A program made the translations under genes and the position numbers. Source: Macrostomum lignano (Eukaryota). From it: a stretch of DNA of 64,000 nucleotides. The notes under the pieces are model-generated. The model saw nothing but the letters and a program-made list of their open reading frames with translations, was not told the DNA's origin and did no database searches. Where the stretch lies: NCBI GenBank assembly GCA_002269645.1, contig NIVC01000684.1, positions 1 to 64,000 on the forward strand, read 5' to 3'. Of this stretch, positions 56,101 to 64,000 are shown piece by piece; the stretch's first letter is position 1; each line of letters begins with the position of its first letter.

Positions 56101-57359
56101 CCCGACCCTGCGACTCATCTGGCTTATCTCTCCTAAGAAGTGAGGGAGGTACTTGCATGTAGAGAGTGCATGCGATGTCTTCATTTGTTGCATTTGAGGT
56201 GGGAATGTCTGGTCACAGACCACGTACTCCCGTGTCAATTTCTTGAACACAAAGCAGCTTGATCCTGAATCTTGTATGCTCTAATGATAACGCTAACGGC
56301 AGGCGAAGACGGTGGTTCGCTGCTTGCCGTCATTTCATAAGTTCATATTGACATAAAACTTTGAGCACCTGGGCTGCACCAAAAACTCAAAACTAATTTA
56401 GAGTTGATACTTTTATGAAATGTACCAGAAGAATTCTACATTTTGATGAATTTTCAGCACGATGCATGCATCCAGGCCGTCGCTATTGACATTACGGTGC
56501 AAGTTCGAAGAAAATTTGTTGAGCCGTTTTTTCTGAAATCGATCGCATACCCACAGACAACTCATTTTTAGTATATGGGATGGACGACTTAAATGCATAC
56601 AATTCTTTGATTTAAACTTTAAACTTGACACAATTCTTCATTGACTCATTCTCTATCTAAATGTAAAGTTTCAACTCTGTAACTCAACCGAAAAAGAAAC
56701 TGTAAGCATGTGAAGTTTGTCTGCTTTTTCTGTTGTTTGTGCCACTCACTCACTCATTCCCCCAGAGCCAGACCAAGGGTCATGCGATAGGGCTCAATGT
56801 ACATGGCAATGTACAGTGTTTTGGAATAGCTTTGTTTATGGCCTTCTCTGCAGCCCCGTGGAGAGGCTACGTTTAGCCATCCATAACAGTTTAGTGAGTA
56901 GCACTGTCCTCTGTATAGGCAAACTCTGCAGCAGTTTAACAGTGGATGGCAATTGGCAAATCAAGGTAATCCAGAATGGTTTGTAAAAGCGAAAGATTTA
57001 TGAAAAGGCGATGCAATGCGATTCAACATTCAACCCTACTAAATTAGTCACACCATGAAAATTTTAAGTTTCTCTTAAAGGTACTTTTAAATTTAAATGG
57101 CCTCCTAAGAAATGCGTATTTCCTTGGTTGTTAGACTGATGCAGACTGCAGTGGAGCTGAAGATACACAAATTCCTTTCAGGGCTGCAAATTGGCAAGAA
57201 AGATGACGTGATCAAAGCATGAGAATAACCATGAGAGTAGTACGTCCCACAAACTGGCTTTCGAAGCAGGGATCGGCAGACTTTTACTTCAAAAGCCAGA
57301 TAAAGAATCCAGCTTATGTGCGGGCCAGATGAGAGTGGAAAGGAGAAGGAATAGACTAT

Positions 57360-58465
57360 TAGAAGAGAGGAGAGGCGAGAGGGGTAAGAGAAAACATGGA
57401 AGATAAGAGGAGAGACAAGTGGTGAGGAGAGAGCAGAGAAGAAGGGAGGAAGAAGCGAGAGGAGGGGAGAAAGAAGGGAGAGGAAAGAGTAAAGGTGCGA
57501 AGAGGGGAGAGATGAGACAGAGGATCGATGAGGGAGGAGAGTAGAGAAGAGTGAGAAGAGAGTAGAGACGAGAGAGCAGAAAGAAGATGACAGAGGGTCA
57601 AGAGGAGAGGAGAGATTAGAGAGGAGAGAGTAGAAAGGATAGAGAAGAGAGGAGATAAGAGGGGGAGAGAGGAGTGAGAAGAGAAGAGATAGAGATAAGA
57701 GAGGGGTGTAAGAAGAGGGGAGAAAGGAGAGATGAGAGAGTAAAGGGAAGAGGAGGAGAGAGGAAAGAGATGAGATTGTAGAGATGAGACAGATGAAAGG
57801 AGAGATGAGAGAGTAAAGATGAGAGATTAAAAAAGTGAGAGGAGAGTGCAGAGAGACGAGAGAAGAGAATAGAGGAGAGAGAGTATAGAAGAGGGAAGAG
57901 AAAAGAAGAGAGGAGTAAGGAAAGAGAGGAGTCAGAAGAGGGGAAAGAGAAGAGTACACAGGAAAGAGGAGAGTAAAGATGACAGAAGAGCGAGGGGGAT
58001 GAGAGAGCAAAGATGAGAGTGAACAGACGAAGGAGAAATGAGAAGTGAGATAAGAGAGATAAAGGAGGAGTCCGAGGAGAGAGTGGAGAGAGAAGAGAGA
58101 AGATAAGAGAGGGAGAGAGTATAGAAGAGGGAAGAGAAGAGAAGAGAAGAGGAGAAAGGAGAAAGGAAAGAGAGGAGTCAGAAGAGGTGAAAGAGAAGAG
58201 TACAGAGGAGATAAGTGAGAGAACGTATAAGAGAGTAAAGATAACAGATGAGAGAGCAGAGATGAGGGTAAACAGACGAGAGATGGGAGAGTAGAGAGAA
58301 CAGAGGAGAGATAAGAGAGAAGAGATAACAGAGACTAGAGGAGAGAGGAGAGACAGGGAGAGAGAAGTGGGTGAGGAGAGAGAAGAGGAAAGAAGAGAAT
58401 GAAGAGGGGAGAGAGTAGAGAGGAGAGAGATGGGAGAGGAGAGATAAAAGAGAGAGAAAGAGGGA

Positions 58466-58526
<61 letters not shown>

Positions 58527-58795
58527 CAGAGCAGAGCAGAGAGAAACGAGAAGAGATAAGAGAGAAAAGATAAAATAAGAGAAAGGAGAGATGAGAGAGC
58601 AGACGAGAGAGGTGAGGGAAGAGACGAGTGACGAGGGGAGAGATGAGAGATAAAACAAGAAAAGAGATGAGAGGAAAGAGAGATAGGAAAGAGTAGAGAG
58701 GAGAAGGAAGAGACGAGAGAAAAGGGGGAGAGAGGAGAGGAGAAAGAGAAGAAAGGAGAGACGAGGGACGAGAGAGAAGAGAGGAAACAGAAAGG
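57360..58795. repeat. GA-rich polypurine low-complexity tract
   Basis: Direct reading; pure (GA)n core at ~58470-58520. Confidence 0.95.
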
Positions 58796-59398
58796 AAGAT
58801 ACAAGTTGCAATCGATCCAAGGTACGTAGGGAGAGTCAGAGGCAGAGGCCAGAGTTTGCCAATACATGTTTTAGAGTCAGACAGACATTGCCCGACATTC
58901 TGCGCAGCACGTACCCCAGCCAACAATATCAAATGTTTGCCTCAAATCCTAATTTTACACGAATGTACTCCATTTTATGTTTACTCTATACTACTAACTA
59001 TTAACAAGTTTTTGTTTGAGTATGGCCTCAGATCTCAAAGCACATGCACAAATATTTCCGGGGATTAGAATTCCCGGGTTCAAAATCCACGGGTTTCAAC
59101 AGCTTGTCGATAAATATATCATGCAAGAATAACATACGTCAGTACATGTACATAGGTAGAACTACTTTACGAGAAATAATAACGATATGAATGAAATAAA
59201 AATAATAGAATAAATACATACGAGGCTACAAAACCAAAGCAATTAACAGTAAAAATAGCGCAATAATAATACGTACGAATATTGTTAAAATAAATGAAAG
59301 AATACAGTAGTAGCACGGTATGCATATGAAAATAAAGAAATACGGCACACGCTTCTACGAATCACACTGTCACAACTGAACTGTGAATCATAAGTGCA

Positions 59399-59437
59399 AG
59401 CCCTGAAGATGACCGCTTGTGTCGAAACGCGTTGGCT
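59399..59437 (+). ncRNA. minimal type I hammerhead ribozyme motif (Penelope-like-element type)
   Basis: agcc CTGAAGA t GAC-cgcttgt-GTC GAAA CGCG TT ggct: core boxes, stem I agcc/ggct, stem II, palindromic stem III. Confidence 0.65.
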
Positions 59438-61266
59438 ATTATAATAATTTCTTATATGTTTGTGTTGGCCTTCATTTCTCTATATAAATTTTCCTTTTTT
59501 TACATAAAAATATTAATTTATTACATTATAATTTTTATGCATAGCTAAATTCATTCACCAAAATTTGTACACAAAAAATTGGCATGAATTTGTATATTGA
59601 GAATTTGTACGCCAACTTTGAAAGGAGTCATTTGTATGCTAGAATTTTCTGGCATATATGTAACTTTCTAGAGTCTGGCTATGCTTCTATTTATAAACCT
59701 ATGCTACTTTACCCTATGCTCCATTGCCTTATTATTACGCATTCTTGTTGCAACTTTATCTCTATCTTGGCTATAGCCCTGCTTCTCTATCCTATATTCC
59801 TCTATTCTTACTTTTTTATCCCTGGTAGTTCTGTACCTATTGCTTTACCCCTTGTTACTCTGCCTCAGCCTCCTTGTCTTTGCTTCTCTGCCCCCTTGTC
59901 CTTGCTTTTTTGCCCCCTTGTCCTTGCTTCTCATGCTTGGGTGCATGCATACTAGGGATTCACCTAGCTGTTTTTATTGGCAACATACACATGTAAATTG
60001 CTATTGTATAGAATAGTAGTCATGTGACTGCTCTCAGCCAATAGCGACTAACTTGTGTATGTTGTAATGTTGCCAATAGAAATTGCCAAGTGATTCCCAA
60101 GGTTGCGCATAGTATGTTGATTCTCTGTCCCCTTCCTTTGCTCTTCTACCACTGCTTCTTTACCCTATTGTATTGCAGATAAAAGTTTTTTCATTGTTTT
60201 CCATAGGACTAATAATTATTTGCCTCAGTATATTTTTACTTTCAGCATTGCGGTATTATTGTCTTGTCTTAATAGTTAGGCCCTATTATAGAATTTGTTG
60301 TATGATGTATTTTTTGCTAGTTTCATTTAATTTATCTAGCTAGTGCTTTTTGAAAGAGCCATAATTCTTTAGACCAAGCATAATTAGGCTTTTGTTGTTT
60401 TTTCTCAAAATACTGGGTGTTGCAAAAAAACTTGACAAAATAGGAATATTCACAAAAATCCTTCTAGTATAGAATAGCAGATATTTAAAGAAAAAAGAAA
60501 AAAACAATTTTTTGAGTCCATGATATTAAAATAAATGCAGACTGCTAGCTCAGTCAATGTAATTGCCATTGGCTACCATAACTTATCCAGTTATGGCTAG
60601 AAGCTAGAGTAGACCTTTGCAATATAGGCTTAGTCAATGGGCCAATTTGTCCACCTACTTCTCTGTTATACTTGCTTTGACTTGAGGGAATTGGCATTAG
60701 GGTAGTAAACAGTACAGGCCTTGGACTCTATATGTGCCTAAATGGCAAAGTCTACTGGGTTTAAATCTAATAACTATGGTGGCCAAAAGGCCTTGGCCAG
60801 AAGGATTGTCCCAGAATGACATGTTCTTAGCTATATATATGTAACTGCTAGCCAACCTGGTCAATCCAGCCACTATAAATTGTAGTAGACTAAGGATAAG
60901 TTGCAAAAATGTCTATCCAAAAGATTTCAGATATAGTAGACCTACTAATTAGATGACAAAGCATCTAGGCCTAGCCCTAGTAAGAGTCATAATTACTCTT
61001 GCCATTTATCCAAATTTGCATTACTTTTTTTAGGCTTTTTTCATAAGTAAGTCATTTTTTTGGTTAAAAAGTAAGTCATATGGCCTATGTAAATCAGGGG
61101 GTTTTGCATGTATGTTCTTTGCCATTGCCAACCAATTCTGCATAATATTGGCTATATGCAATAGGGCCCTATCCTACTAAAAAATTTAAGGCTTACCAGC
61201 CATGATCTTAGTGACCTACAGAAAAACAGCTTTTGTAGCTGTATTGAGGCAATAGCCCTGTGCAAA

Positions 61267-61645
61267 CCTGGGTTTTTTGGGCCATATGGGGTTTTTTGGC
61301 CCTTTGAAAATCTTTTTGGCAACTGGATTTTTGGCATCAGAGGCCAATCTAGCAACTTTATTTTTCCCATGCCAGTTGCCAATTTCAAAAAATGATTTTG
61401 TAAATATAATAAAAGTGCAATATGAATCAATATGATGGAATTGTTAGCTTGTTATTGTTTGCAGCATAGACAGCAATCTTAGAATTGAGAGAATAAATTT
61501 CAGCTTTTCAAATGTAGCCTTGGAAATATCCATCCTTGAGAATTTGGCTAGTTGCCAATGGGCACAAAAAATAGCCATTGGCAACTGGATTTTGAGCCCC
61601 AAGGGCCAGCTGGCAACTGAGTTTACAACCTTAAAAAAACCCAGG
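61267..61645. mobile_element. MITE, 12-bp TIR CCTGGGTTTTTT, 6-bp TSD TGCAAA
   Basis: TIR and TSD read directly; internal GGCAACTGG repeats. Confidence 0.75.
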
Positions 61646-63137
61646 TGCAAACCATATAGGCAGCATGATTGCACCATTAGACTTAAAGGCTATAACATTA
61701 AGCATCATGACTGAAGTAGGCTGTTTGGTAGTAGGCATGCACCAACTTGCTCTGTTATCATCACTGCTAAAGCGGACAAATTGATTGTTTTGCTTATTAA
61801 AAATGGGGTTTACAGTAAGTCTTTATTCCAGAAAATCAATATTTAACACCTATAACTCTTCAAGGTTTAAGCTATTTAGCAATTTTCTTGAGCACTCATG
61901 AGCCACTAGCCTTCTTCACAGCTCTGGACACAGTTGATTTATTTTAAAAACTCTAGCCACCTTATCTATGCTAGAATGTTGGCCAATGGGTTTGTGGTAA
62001 AGATCTGCTTGACTTTATTTAAGTACAATTTTGCAAGCCTTCTAGATCCTGGCTATCTTTCTAGGACTTTACCTTCTTCTAGCCATCTAATGTCATAAAA
62101 TGCCTAACAAATAATACCAATTAAATGGGCAATGTCCTATCAGTGAAATGCTTGCATTGAGCAAAGCTGACACTGCCTTCTGGCTTCCATTTTTCCAGTC
62201 TAGTGTTATGTTTTTGCAGTACCCAGTATGATACAATGAGGCCCTAATAATTGTGTATCACTAGGCCTAGATGCATCAATTGTTCTGCTATTATAATTTT
62301 ATTTATTTATTTAAGTCTTAATTAGGACAATCAGGGCATTTGACTATTGGCAAACTAGCAGATCTAGAAATTTTAAAGTAGGGGAGAAGGGTAGATTGGT
62401 CCAAATTTTTGGGTTGAGCCGAAATAAGCCCAAAATCAGCCCAAAATTACTATACCATACCTTATATACAAGTCTAGCCATAGCAAAAGAGAGGAGCTAT
62501 TGCCCCCCCCCTTTGGCTCTCTTTCCTTAAATCACTAACAGCTGACTAAGGACAATTGATGCTTGCTAATTGTAGTAGGCCCCTGGCTATAGTACATTAA
62601 TTTTTGGAAAAATGGCCTATTAAAATGTCATCTTAGCAAGTAGTACTTAGCCTAATAATAGGTCTAGATATTGAATTCAAACATTTTATTAAGTTTAGTC
62701 AATGAAGTTTTAATGGAAAGCTCTATTACTTAGTCTTATCAAGGCATTTTAGGGATAAAAATATACATACCTAGGTTCTAGGATATATTTGTATTGTAGT
62801 TAGGCTTAGCCATTAAATAGGCCTTACTTTGGATTGAATAAGTCAACTGGTCAAGATCACGGATACTATAAACACTAGATAGGCCACTCTGGCTAATTTT
62901 CACAACATAACAGTTTATTCTACTTTCTGCTTAGTAGTAGTAAAAACATTTTTATATTAAAAAATTAAAAACCAATGAATACAATGCAGCAATTGTATTA
63001 TGATTTTATTTGCAAAAATAAACTTATAGTTTTACTTTTTCAGATAAAAAGCAATAGTGTGAATGCTTTAGATTGCATTGATGGCTAATTATTGCAGTCA
63101 GCTATTACACTTAGCAAATTTGAGCTATCATATGCTC

Positions 63138-63432
63138 CATACATGTGCAACCTCCAAAATTCGGTCAGCCGTGCGACTTAGTTTTAACAAAAATGCGACG
63201 TAGTTTTTGGCCAAAAATGCGACTTACATATAAAAAACCCGAAAGCAAAATCAACGCAACTTTGGGTAAACGGCAGGAGTAACTATGACTGTTTTATTAA
63301 GCTAAAATGCCTCGTCAGCTACTTAGTACTACTCCAGGTTATTTTTTGGGTGGGCATTTTTGCGACTTCCTTGATTGGCCGCCAAATCGGTCGGCCGGAT
63401 CGGCCGACTCGGCCGACTGTTGCGCATGTATG
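63138..63432. mobile_element. hAT-like MITE, 14-bp TIR, 8-bp TSD ATATGCTC
   Basis: CATACATGTGCAAC...GTTGCGCATGTATG with ATATGCTC on both sides. Confidence 0.85.
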
Positions 63433-63645
63433 ATATGCTCCATATTCATTTAGCTAAATAGAATGATTTCTCATCAATTAATCAGCTCATCACAGTTTTT
63501 TTGTGAAACTTTTGCAGTGTGCTGCTCCTGCTCGTCGTTGCTCGCAGGCTTCTCATCTTTCAGCGGCACCAATGATGCAGTTGCAGCCGTGCAAACATGC
63601 TGTATACCCCCTGACGCTGCACATGTGCAGCATGTGAGCTACACG

Positions 63646-64000
63646 CTGGGTTTTTTTAAGGTTGGAAACCCTGTTGCCAGCTGGCCCTTGGGGCTCAAAA
63701 TCCAGTTGCCAATGGCTATTTTTAGTTGCCCATTGGCAACTAGCCAAATTCTCAAGGATGGATATTTCCAAGGCTGCACTTGAAAAGCAGAAATTTGTTC
63801 TCTCAACTCTAAGGTTGCTATCTATGCTCCAAACAATAACAAGCTAACAATTCTATCATATCGATTCATATGGCACTTTTATTACACTTACAAAATCATT
63901 TTCTTTTAAATTGGCAACTGGCATGGGGAAAATAAAGTTGCTAGATTGGCTTCTGATGCCAAAAATCCAGTTGCCAATGAGATTTTCAAGGGCCCAAAAA
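63646..64000. mobile_element. second, inverted copy of the 61267-61645 MITE (runs off the window)
   Basis: Reverse-complement similarity over ~350 bp. Confidence 0.8.

Noticed and set aside
54441-56250. ORFs at 54.4-56.3 kb as genes
   Set aside because: No recognisable domain and stops interrupt the protein-like frames. This is probably decayed transposon sequence, but I cannot assign a family.

Overview
Animal (not prokaryotic) genomic DNA. The style of very repeat-rich introns, short introns and weak ...CGCAG acceptors suggests a flatworm such as Macrostomum; this is inference only. The supplied ORF track is mostly tandem-repeat artefact, and the real genes had to be rebuilt exon by exon. 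(1) A + strand T-type (Cav3) calcium channel alpha1 gene runs from the domain I pore loop (2463) to the C-terminus (~27071). It has an EEDD filter, and its 5' part lies outside the window. It carries two mutually exclusive domain II turret exons (3-Cys '12a' at 8663-8780, 5-Cys '12b' at 9696-9849), an apparent frameshift just after the PRASPE motif, and an in-frame TGA followed by 53 more open codons ending -VTDL. (2) A convergent - strand multi-exon gene (29733-35826, possible 5' exons to ~41.9 kb) resembles the AIP3/SRCIN1(p140Cap)/KIAA1217 family. (3) A 3-exon + strand retinol-dehydrogenase-like SDR gene (46492-50000) may be nested in the intron of an unrecognised - strand gene. (4) There are about 27 distinct mini/microsatellites, two SINE families, several TIR/TSD-bounded non-autonomous DNA transposons, a Tc1 transposase relic and a Penelope-type minimal hammerhead ribozyme motif. 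(5) The last ~4.4 kb is almost free of CpG and is interrupted by one young CpG-rich MITE. All coordinates were read by hand; repeat boundaries are approximate.
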